Assembly: GCA_014905635.1 (NCBI GenBank)
Contig: JABVCE010000028.1
Span: 1-64,000 of the forward strand
Reading direction: 5' to 3'
Source of the DNA: Scenedesmus sp. PABB004
Lineage: Eukaryota
Length of the DNA: 64,000 bases
Shown: piece after piece, positions 1-10,426 of the stretch
How the letters are laid out: every line of letters starts with the position of its first letter
How positions within the stretch are numbered: the stretch's first letter is position 1
Translations under genes and position numbers: made by a program
The notes under the pieces: generated by a model
The model's database searches: none
Told to the model about the DNA's origin: nothing
Seen by the model: only the letters and a program-made list of their open reading frames with translations

Positions 1-148
1 AACCCTAAACCCTAAACCCTAAACCCTAAACCCTAAACCCTAAACCCTAAACCCTAAACCCTAAACCCTAAACCCTAAACCCTAAACCCTAAACCCTAAA
101 CCCTAAACCCTAAACCCTAAACCCTAAACCCTAAACCCTAAACCCTAA
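1..148. repeat. Telomeric repeat array (CCCTAAA)n / (TTTAGGG)n
   Basis: About 21 perfect 7-mers from base 1, C-rich strand on +, i.e. a left chromosome end. Confidence 0.98.
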
Positions 149-249
149 AAACGAAACCTAAAACCTAAACCCTAAACCTAAAAACCTAAACCTAAAACCC
201 TAAAACCTAAACCCTAAACCTAAAACCTAAAACCTAAAACCAAAACCTT
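149..249. repeat. Degenerate proximal telomeric repeats
   Basis: Mix of CCTAAA, CCTAAAA, CCCTAAAA and CCCTAAA units. Confidence 0.9.
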
Positions 250-555
250 CAGCCAGCGAGTGTGGTCTGAACTGGGCAGCTGGGGTCAGCTGCCGCGTGT
301 GTGCGCATTGAGTGTCTGTGGTTTACAGGGCAGGGCAGCAGCAGCGGGCGATGAGCGCTCAAAGACAAGACAAAGATAGTTACACCACAGGCTCATCCGC
401 CACAGCGCTCATCCGCCAGGTCGCTCATCTCGTGCGTCACCTGCCGCCCCGCCGCGCCAGCAGCGTCGTCGTGCGGCGCGGGGCTCGCCGTCTCCCCCTC
501 GGCCAAGGCATGCCGCGCCTCCCCCGGCCGCGTCGTCGTGGGTCAAGCGGAAACA

Positions 556-560
556 TTACA
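556..560 (-). terminator. Putative TGTAA polyadenylation signal of the DNMT gene
   Basis: TTACA on + in an A/T-richer patch downstream of the stop at 1216; UGUAA is the chlorophyte poly(A) signal. Similar signals lie near 12644 and 38365. Confidence 0.5.
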
Positions 561-1215
561 AGCTTGCAAGCCCCGACCGACGCCGACCGATCAATAGCAC
601 CACGGGCGCCGGCGAGCTCGTGCGAAGCGGTCGTGCGACGCCGTCGCGCAAGCGGCTTGCTCGACACGCCACGTGCGACATCCTCCAGCTGAGAGCTCAC
701 AAAAATTCTTGACGCGCCGCCTGGCCCGCCGCGAGCGCAGTGTTTGGGAGCAGCGCAAGCGCCACAGCAACGCACAACGGTGTGCGGACAACCGTTGCGG
801 TCAAGAGCACAACCTGCCTGCCTCCTTCCTGCCTCCTGCTTCTGCCTGCTGTCACCGCGCAGCGCCCCCTGCGCAACGCCTCCTGCCCAGCGCCTGCCAG
901 TCTCGCGCCCACACCTGCCGCGCACACCGCACACCGCCTGCCGCACACGAAACGACGTTGCGCATGCCCCCCCCCCAAACAAGCTGAGCGGCCCGCCCCG
1001 CCATGCGGATCAATGCCCCCGCTGCCAGGCCACGCAGCGAGCCACGCGCGCCCGGGCCGCGCCTCACAACGCCGCGGCCCGGCGCCAAAGCGCAAGCCAC
1101 GAGCTCCCGCTGCGACCTCCGCCCGTGCGGCGTGGGCAGCCAGCCCGCCGCGGCGCCCGACACGCCGCCGCCCGGCGCCGCCAGCCCAAGCCGCACGCGC
1201 GCCGACGCGCCGTGC

Positions 1216-3492
1216 TCAGGCGCGGCGCTTCTTGGCGCCCTTGCCCGACTCGCGCAGCACCGTGATCTGGTCCTTGATCCGGAAGCCCGCGACCGCCGCC
1301 GCGGTGCGCCGGCCGCGGCCCTCGAGCTCGGGCCACCCCTCGTTGTCGGACGCGGGCCCGCTGCGCGGCGAGTCGGGCGGGCTCACAGAGTCGGGCGGGG
1401 GCAGCCGGGCCTTGCGCTTCTTGGGCGCGGAGCTGGACCCCGTGCCCGGGGCCTTGCGGCCGGCGGCGCCGGGCGCGGGCGTGGCGGGCGTGCCGCCCGC
1501 CGGCGCGGGCGTGGCGTCGCGCGAGCCGCCGGGCGAGGCGCGGCCGTCCATGATGCGCAGCATCTTCTCCCGGTTGCGCTGGATGTTGTCGAGCCGCTCC
1601 TGCTCCATCGCGCTCAGCGCCTCGCGCCCGCCCGCCACGTCCGGCAGGCCGCCCTGCGCCGGCAGGCACGGCGGCAGCGGCGCGGCAGTCGGGGCGCCGC
1701 CGCGGCGCGCGCCCGCATACGCGGCGCAGCCGCCGCCGCCGCAGCTGCCTGCCACAGCCCGCGGTCTCACCGCGCCCGCGACGCGCAGGCGCGCGGCCTC
1801 GATGTCGCGCATGGCCGAGTCGCGCAGCGCGCGCAGCTCGGCCGCCTTGGCCACCCACTGCGCGGGCTGGCTGCGGAGCTTGATGCGCTGCGACGCGAGC
1901 GCGGGCGCCGGGCGCGCGAGGCGGGCGCGGGGCGGTCAGGCGCGCCGGCGGCGACGCGGCGGCGGGCGCTGCCAGCGCAGGGCCCGGCCGGTCCGCGTGC
2001 CGCACGGTGGTGCACAGCCCGGGCGGGCCCCACCTGCTGGGGCGCCCAGAGCGGGATGATCTCCACGTCGCCGTCGGTGTAGCGCACCGTGTGCCGCACG
2101 CGCAGGTTGTCGTACGAGATGAGCTGCGCGCGGCGGCGCGCCGGGTCGGGGGCAGGCGCGCCCGCGCTGTGTGCTGCGGCGTCGAGCTAAGAGCTGCCTC
2201 TGCCGCGCGCCCCTGGACCCCCCCCCCCACACACACAACGGCGCCGCGGCTCACCACGCCCTTGTACCAGGTCTGGTCCAGGGGCCACCAGACGTCCACC
2301 TCCGCGCCCACGGCCTTGTCGCCCAGCACCGCGAGCTGCGCGCCGGCGTGCCCCGCAGCCGCGGCCGCGGTCGCGCGCACCAGCAGGCAGCGCCGGCGGG
2401 TGGTGGCAGAGGTCTGCGTGCACGCCTCGCACACCTTGCACCTGTGGGCGCGCGCGCGGCGTGAGTCGACGCGCGGCGTGCGGCGACGAGGGCGGCAATG
2501 GGCGCCCCCGCGCCGCGCAGCCCGCCGCACCTGGGCATGCGCGTGTTGACCGCCGCCGCCTGCTTGGCGGCGCGCCCGGCCGCAGCCGCGCGGTGGCCCT
2601 TGTCCTGCCCGTCCCTGTCGCTGCCGTCGCTGCTGTCGGGCTCGCTGCTCAGCTCAGCGGCAGCCAGGTGCACCGCGCTGGGGCCCGCAATGGCCGCCAG
2701 CTGCTCCGTGCGCGCGCGCAGCTTGGCGGCGCGCGCCACGATGGCCGCGCAGTGCTTGGCCTCGCGGTAGGCGCGGCGCCACTCGTGGGAGCGCTGCAGC
2801 TTGCCCGCCTCCATCAGCGAGCTCGCCTCGCCTGCAAACGGGCGCGGCGGCGGCGCGCTCAGCTCGCAGCTGCGCGGCGCGCGCCGCGCCGCGCGCCGCG
2901 GCTGCTGCGCCGCGGCACGCGTCGCGCTCCTGCCGCGCCGTGCGGCGCGCGCACCCTTGCAGCGGGCCTTGTGCTCCTTGAAGGGCAGCAGCTCGTCCTC
3001 AAAGCGCCACTCAAACGTGTCGTTGTGGAACCACACGAGCAGCACCTTGCGCGGCCCGCCCTCGGGCGGCGGCGCGCCCGGCGCGTCCTCGGACGGCAGG
3101 AAGCGCTTGCGGTCCGCCACGCCCAGCGCGAGCTTGTGCTCGGGCAGGAGCTTGAAGCCGCGCGGCGGGTCAAAGGGGTCGATCGCCTCGCACGGCCAGA
3201 ACACGCGCAGCAGGGGCGCGGACGCACTGGTCGACGCGCCCTCGCGCGCCGCCTGGCCCCACAGCGGCGCCCACACCAGGCGGCCGATGCTGCTGGCGGA
3301 GGAGGTCATGCTGTCGGGGCGCTGCGAGTCTGCGCGCGCCACGGGCAGCGGGCAGGTGAGCGGCAGCGGCAGCACTCTAAGCACTCGTAGAGCGGCGCGT
3401 GCGTGGCCCCCAGCGCAGTGAGCCCCGCACACGCTCACCCTGCATCAGGTCCTTCAGCACCGCGCGGCCGCCGCCACCGCCACCGCCGCCGG

Positions 3493-3532
<40 letters not shown>

Positions 3533-6532
3533 GGCGCCGCCTGCGCCCAGGCCCAGCCCCGCCACGCCGCACATGAGCATCTTGCGCTCGGTGCGGTCGA
3601 CGTTCCAGCCCTGCTCCTTGAGGCGCTGCAGGTACGTCACCAGCGCCACGTCCGGCGGCGCGGGGCCCACGCGGCGGATGAACTCGCCCAGCGGGATGAA
3701 GCGCGCCTGCAACCGCGCGGGGCGGGCTCAGCGGCCGCAGCGCTGCGCCGCGCGGCGCTGGGCGCGCGCACGGACGCGGCGCGCACGCCCCGCCCCTCCC
3801 TCGCGCACCTTGACCGGGCTGTCGCTGGCCTCGCGCAGGCCCCAGCGCCCGTGGCCGGCCACGTACCACGCGGCGCGCGGCCACGTGGCCGTCAGCCGCG
3901 CGGGCTTGTAGCGCTCCGACACCGTCTGCGCCGGCAGCTCCACGGTCAGCGCGGCGCGGCGGCGCAGCCCGCCGCTGCGCGGCAGCGGCCCGTCGGCGCT
4001 GCGGCTGCCAGGCCGCGGCGGCGCACCTTGTCGTTGCCCTGCGGCGCGTCCTTGTCCTCGCAGACCTCGCTCGCCTGCGCCTTGCCCGCCTGCTCCTCCG
4101 CCTCCTCTTCCTGCTCCTGCTCCTCGCCGCCGTCGTCCTCCTTGTCGCTGCCCCTCTCGTCGTCCTTGCCCAAGCTGCCCGCCGCCGCCGCGCCCTGGCC
4201 TGACTCGTCCGCGCCGCCTGCGCTCTTGCCCTGCTGCTGGCACTCTCCCGCCTCGTCCTCGCTGTCAGCCTGCCCCGCCTCCCACGTCGACGTGCGGGTC
4301 TTGCTGTAGCGCTTGGCCTGGCCGCCCGCCGCGCCGCCGCCCCTGCTCGCGTCCATGCGCACCTCGCGCAGGCGGTCCCACACCCTGCAGCCCGGCGCGC
4401 GGCGCGCACGGCAGTGAGCGCGCGCGCCGGCCCACGCACGCAGCGCTGTGCGCGCTGTCACCCGGCGGCCAGGGCGCGCGCGGCCGCGCAGCGGGCGCGG
4501 CCTCACTTGGTCGGCAGCGTCGCGGGCTGGTTGACGAGGCCGAGGGGCACGTCGTTGTCTGTGACCATGTACTTGAACGCGTACGGGTCCGCCAGGCGCT
4601 CGCCCAGCCAGCGCGCCACCTGCGCGCGCACCGTGCACGGGCGCGCGCGCTGGGCGGCGGGCAGATGCCGCCCAGCGGCGCGGAGCGCTGCCGCCTTGCC
4701 CCCTCCGCCCCCTCCTGGCGGGGGAGCCGCGGAGGAGGCCCGCGCCCGCGTCATCCCCGCCGCGCCTGCACGGTGACGGCGTTGCCGAGCAGCGCGAAGC
4801 GCGCGCGCGCGGCCGTGTCGGCGTCGCCGTCGCTGCGCGCGGTGGTCCTGTGCGCCCGGATGCCCGGCGCCTTCACGGGCCAGCACGCAGACGTGTGGCC
4901 CACGGGCAGGCCCTGCGGCGGCGCAGGCGCACTGCGTCACGGCGCGGAGCGCTGCGGCCGGGCGGCCGGCGGCGGTCAGCCGCGCGCGCGCGCGTCCTGC
5001 GCGTGGGGGCACCTGGAGCCGCTCCGCGTCCTCAATGCGCAGCGCGCCGTAGCGGCCGTTGGAGAGGAGCAGGCAGATGCGGGCGTTGCTCGTGGTGAAG
5101 GTGGGCACGACGTCCACGCCGGCAGAGCTCCTGCGGGCGGCAGCGGCGCCACGCAGGCGTCACGCGCTGCGCCGGCGAGGGCAGCAGGCGGCCGGCCTCA
5201 GCTCGCCGCTCGCGGGCGCCGCCGCACCGCGCGTTGCCGAGGTCGAGGGCGTACGAGCAGCGGTGCATGGCCGTCTCGCTCTTCGCGCCCGTGACTGGGT
5301 CGTCGTCGGGGTCGAAGCACTCCCAGCAGTCCCCGCCCACCGCCGAGAGGCACCCGCCGACGCAGCGCTGGAGGCCCTGCGGCAGCGCCGCCGCACGGGC
5401 GTGGCGGCGGCGGCGTGGGGCGTGGCCCGTGCGCAGCGCGTGCCCGCGGCAGCCGCGCCGTGCGCCAGCCCTGGACGAGGTCTGACCGCCAGCATCGGCG
5501 CAGCGCCCACCTGCCCCAGCAGCACGTCGCGCGCGTCGCCGTGCATGGAGGCCAGGATGAAGGTGCGGCGCCGCCGGTTGGGCACACCAAAGCCTGCGGT
5601 GCAGACCACGCGGTGCGCCCAGCTCTTGTAGCCGAGGCGCTCCAGCTGGTCCACCACCCACGACACGAGCGGCGGCCCGCCGTGGCAGCGGTCCAGCAGC
5701 GCCTCGACCTGCGCGCGCACGCCGCACCGCGCGGCACAGCGCACACTCAGCGCCGCGTGCGTGGCAGCGCCGCCTCGGGCGCAGGCCGGCCGGTGAGGGC
5801 GCGGCGCGGCGCAGCTCGCTCACGTTCTCCAGCAGCACCCAGGGCACCGGCCGCGCGTCGCCCTTGGCCTGCTCCAGCAGCCGGAACACGTGGCGCACCA
5901 GGCCCGTGGACTGCGTCGCAGGCAGGGGCGCAGGGGCTCAGCTCAGCTGCGGGCGCGCGCGCGCGGTGGACCAGCACGACGCCCGACCGCACGGCGCGGC
6001 GGCAGCAGCTGCGGCGCCGCCCAGCCGGCAGCGCTCACCGGGCCGTCCAGGCCCTGGCGCAGCCCCGCCCTGCTGACGTCGATGCAGGGGAAGCCGGCCG
6101 CCACCAGCTCCGTCTCCTGCGCGGCGGGGCGGCGCGGGCGAGCAGCGCGGTCGGCGGGCCGCCGGCTGCGCGCGCCGCGGCCGCGGGGGCGCTCTGCGCT
6201 CGCCGCACCTTCGGCAGGCGCTCGAGGCCGCAGATGTCGGGCACCAGCAGCGTGCCGGAGAAGGCCTTGCGCAGCACCTGCGCCGCGGCGCGGGTCGGCG
6301 CGCGGGCGCCAGCGCGGCGCCGCCCCCGCCGTTGGCCGCCGCCTGCGCCGCACCTGCTGCGCGCCCGGGTCGCACTCGCACTGCAGGATGATCTCGTGGC
6401 CGGCCTGCGCCACGGGGCGGCTCAGCGGCCGGGAGCGGGCGCGCCATCAGCAGATCGGCCTGCCGGAGCGCCCACCTGGTGCAGCCCCAGGTCCAGGCCG
6501 CCTATCCCGGTGAATAGGCTCACGACCTTCAT
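1216..6532 (-). CDS. DNA (cytosine-5) methyltransferase with C-terminal PWWP-like, CXXC and Tudor-like domains (~18 exons)
   Basis: Spliced exons give motif [65 protein letters not shown]; then [33 protein letters not shown] and [25 protein letters not shown]. Confidence 0.9.
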
Positions 6533-6778
6533 CGCGGAAGCGGGCCGGCGGGCCGTGCACAGGCGCAGCCGCGGGACGCCAGCCGCGGGCCGGCGCCAAG
6601 GGCCGCGTGTGAGCGACACGGCGGCAGACACCGAGCCCAGTATCGGTCTGGCACGCGGGGAGCGCGCCGTGGCGCCTCTCCGGGCTTTACCAGCTGGTGG
6701 ACCGCGCCCCGGCCAGCGCGGTCAGCGCTCGCGCTGCCGCGGCCGCCGCCGCCGCCGCGGCCGCGGCCGCCGCCTCCC

Positions 6779-8962
6779 TCACTCGTCGTCGCGCGCGCTG
6801 CGGTTCCAGTAGGCCGCCAGCAGGCTGCCGACCGTCGCGTGCGTGCACGCGGACAGCACGCAGGGCGCCACGATGAGGGGGTCGTGGGGGAAGTGGATCT
6901 TGGCCAGCACTGGTCAGCAGGAGGCGGGCAGCAGGAGGGCGGACCGGGGGCGGCGGTCAGCTCTGCGCGCGGCGCTGCGCGCCAGCGGCAACGCCCAGAC
7001 AGCGACCAGCGCGCGATGCGCGCGCTGCGGCGGCCGAGGCGCGCACCTGCCGCCAGCGCGCTGCTCTGCATGCCGACCTGCAGGCAGGCGGCACGCAGGC
7101 AGGCGGCGCATGAGCGCGGTAGCCTAGCGGGCGGGGCGGGCCCTGTCGCGCGCGTCTGCCTGGCCGCTCCACCAGCCTGCCAAGAGGCTGCCGAGCGTGG
7201 CATGCGTGCACGCTGACAGCACGCACGGCACGACGGCCATGGGCTCCGCGGCAAAGTGAATGCGCGCGAGCACACCAGCGAGCGCGCTGTTCTGCATGCC
7301 CACCTGTGCGCGCAGGTGCGGCGCGCGCGCGCGCCATCAGAGCCGCCCCTGCGCGCGCCCACCCCGCGCGCGCGCGCGCCGCCGCCGCCCGGGGCGCCGC
7401 GACCGTGGCACCCCGTCTCGCGCCGCGCACCTCGATGGAGTTGGTGCGGCAGATCTTGTCTGGCAGGCGCAGCGCCTTGCTGATGAAGTAGCCCAGCGCA
7501 AAGCCGCAGCCGTGCAGCGTCAGCACCGCGCTGATGATGTTGAGACCGCTCGACCCCACCACGCCCACGTTGGTGCTGCGCGGCGGGCGCGCGGGGGCGC
7601 GCGGTTAAGGCGCGGGCGTCAGGGCGCCGCGCGGCGCGGCGCGGCGGCGCGGCGGCGCTGTGCAGGCTGGCCCGGCCGGTGCGTGTGGGCCGCGGTGCGC
7701 GCCTGATCATGGAGCCCACGATCATGACGACCAGCAGCGTGGCAAGGAAGGGCGTGAAGACGCGCAGCCGCGCGACGCCGCGTGGGAATGCCTGGTTGAG
7801 CGCTGTGCCGAGGATGACGGGCGCGAGCACGAGCTGCACGACGCTCAGGAACATGGCCTTGGGGTCGACCGGCACGAGCGTGCCCACGAGCAGGCTGGTC
7901 AGCAGCGGCGTGGTGAACACCGCCATGAGCGTGCTCGCGGTGGTCATCATGATGCTCAGCGGCATGTCGCCCTTGGCGATGAACGCAACGATGTTGCTCG
8001 CTGCGCGCACGCGCGCGCCGGGCGGCGCGCGGGTCGGGCGGCGCGCGCCGGGCGGCGCGCCTGGCGGGCGGCGCGGGGCGAGCGGGCGCGGCGCCGTGGG
8101 CCCGCGGGCGCACCCGTGCCGCCGGGCATGCAGGAGACGAGCGCGACGCCGATGGACAGGCTTGGGGAGAGGCCCCAGTGGCGGCTGATGGCCCAGCCGA
8201 TGGCCGGCAGCACGCTGTATTGCAGCACCATGCCCAGCAGCAGCAGCTGCGGGCTGCGCGTGAAGACGCCGGTGATCTCCTCAAACGTCAACGTCAGGCC
8301 CTGACCCCGGCGGCGCGCGTGCACACCAGGGGGGGGGGGGTGCGAGTGTGTGTGGGGGAGGGGGAGGGGGGGGGGCTAGGGAGGGCGAGCGCGCGCTTCC
8401 GCGTGCGGCGTGGCGCTGCGCTGTCGCCGCGTCACCGCGCCGCACCATGGCGAGCATGCAGAGCACGAGGCTCCAGGTCACGTAGGCGTCGGTGAACCAG
8501 TTGAACACGGGCGGGTGGTGGAAGCCCACCAGCGCGGCGAGCACCACCCACAGCGGAAAGAGCGTCGTCGCCGTCTTGCACAGCGCGCCCAGCCGCTGCT
8601 CAAACGCGCTCAGCACCAGGCCCCCGCCGCCGCCGCCGCTGCTGCTGCTGCCACCGCCCGCCGCCGCGCCGCTTGCGCTGGCGGCGCACGCGAGCGGCCG
8701 CCGGCCTGGCCCAGGGCGCGGCGCAACTGCGCCCGCCGCTGCCGCCGGCCAGTGGCGCAGCTGCGACCGCAGCGCGTGCGCGCTCCTGCGGGGACCCGGC
8801 GCGGTGTGCGGCTCGCCGCCAGCCGCGCGCGCGACAGGCGACGCCAGCCGCGGCGGCGGCAGCGCACCTGGCAGCGGCGGCGCTCGGCCGCGCGGCGCGG
8901 CGCGGCGCGGCGCCGCAGGCGCCCGGCGCAGCGGGGGCGCAGCGTGCGATCGCCGCCGCCAT
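6779..8962 (-). CDS. Plastid bile acid:sodium symporter family (BASS) transporter
   Basis: TATTLFPLWVVL, QYSVLPAIG, LVSCMPGGTASNIVAFIAKGD, LHGCGFALGY, RTNSIEVGMQ(N/S)SAL; transit-peptide-like N-terminus; two alternative C-termini. Confidence 0.9.
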
Positions 8963-9350
8963 CCCGTGCTGCGGCCGGATGTGTCGCGTGGCCAGCACGG
9001 CGCTGGAGCGCTGGCGCAGAGTGCTCGACCTGGGGCGCGCGCTGCCGGGCCCGTGGCGCGCGGCCGATGATGGCGACGCGTTGTGCGCGAGGCGGGTGTG
9101 CGTCTGGGCCGGGCTGTGGCATCACGCGATCTCCAGGGCTCGCGGGCTGAGCTCGGGTCCGCCCGGAACCCCGCGGCGCTTCAAAGTCGGCACTCAGCTC
9201 GCCCCGTCAGGCTGCGCAGGGCCGTCCGACCAGACCACCGCGCCGCAGGCGGGCAGGCGCCGCGCGCCGGGCGCCTCACAACGATTGTTGCCCTCGCCCG
9301 CCAGCGCTCCACAGAGGCGACGAGCGGCGCTGCGGCCGCGCCCACCGGCC

Positions 9351-10392
9351 ATGATCGGCGCCAAGCGGCGGCGCGAGGCCGGCGGCGGCGACGCGCCGGC
9401 GTCGCGCGCGGCGGGGCGCTTGCAGCTCGACACCACGGTCGACCAGGGCGACCAGGACGCGCGGCCGCAGCAGGTGAGCGGGTCTGGGCGGACCAGGGCC
9501 GCCGATCGGCGCGCGTGGGGAGCCAGGGCCGCGCCGGCCACCAACAACGCCCGCCGCCGAGCGCGCAGGCGGCCGGCGGCGCGCAGCCGCGCGCGGCGTG
9601 GCACGAGCGTCCGCAGAAGATGCTGCGCAAGCTGCTGGGCATGGTCGGCCTCGCGCCGCAGCGCAGCAGCGAAGGCAGCGCACCGAACACCGGCGGCGGC
9701 ACGGCGCCGCTCGACGAGGGCGCCGCCGCGGCGGCCGCAGACGATGCGGCGGCGGCAGACGCAGGCGCGGCCGAGGCAGAGGCAGCGGCCGCGGGCGCGG
9801 GCACAGCGCGTAGGCAGCGCGATGAGCAGCCCGCCGCCCTCAGCAGCAGCCCGCCGCCCTCAGCAGCGCCGCACGGCGGCGCTGGCGCTGGCGGCGCCGT
9901 TGGCCCGAGCCGCACAGGCACGGACGCCGGTGCCGCCGCAGCGCCCAGGCGCGGCGCAGCTCGTGCACCTGCGCGGAGCAAGTCCGAGCGCTTGCAGCAG
10001 CTGCTGCTGGGCGCTGCGGGCAGCACGGGGGGCGCAGCTGCACCCTGCGGGCTGGCCAGCGGCAGCGACTCGCGGCAGCGAGGCGCCGGCCCCGCGGCAA
10101 TCTCGGCGCCCAGCTTCGGCAGGAGGCGGCTGCTGCCCCCCAGCCCCGTGCCGCCCGCCAAGCAGGCGGTGGCCTGCTGCGGCAGCGCCGCCGCACCCCG
10201 ACCGCAGCCCGAGCAGGCGCAGCCGGAGCAGGCGCAGCCAGAGCTGGCGCAGTCGGAGCTGGCGCAGCCGGAGCTGGCGCAGCCGGAGCTGGCGCAGCCG
10301 GAGCCGGAGCTCATGCAGCTCGAACGGCTGGAGCAGCTGGCGCAGCCCGAGCAGGCGCAGCTGGACCAGCCGGCGCGCGAGGCGCAGCTGGG

Positions 10393-10426
<34 letters not shown>

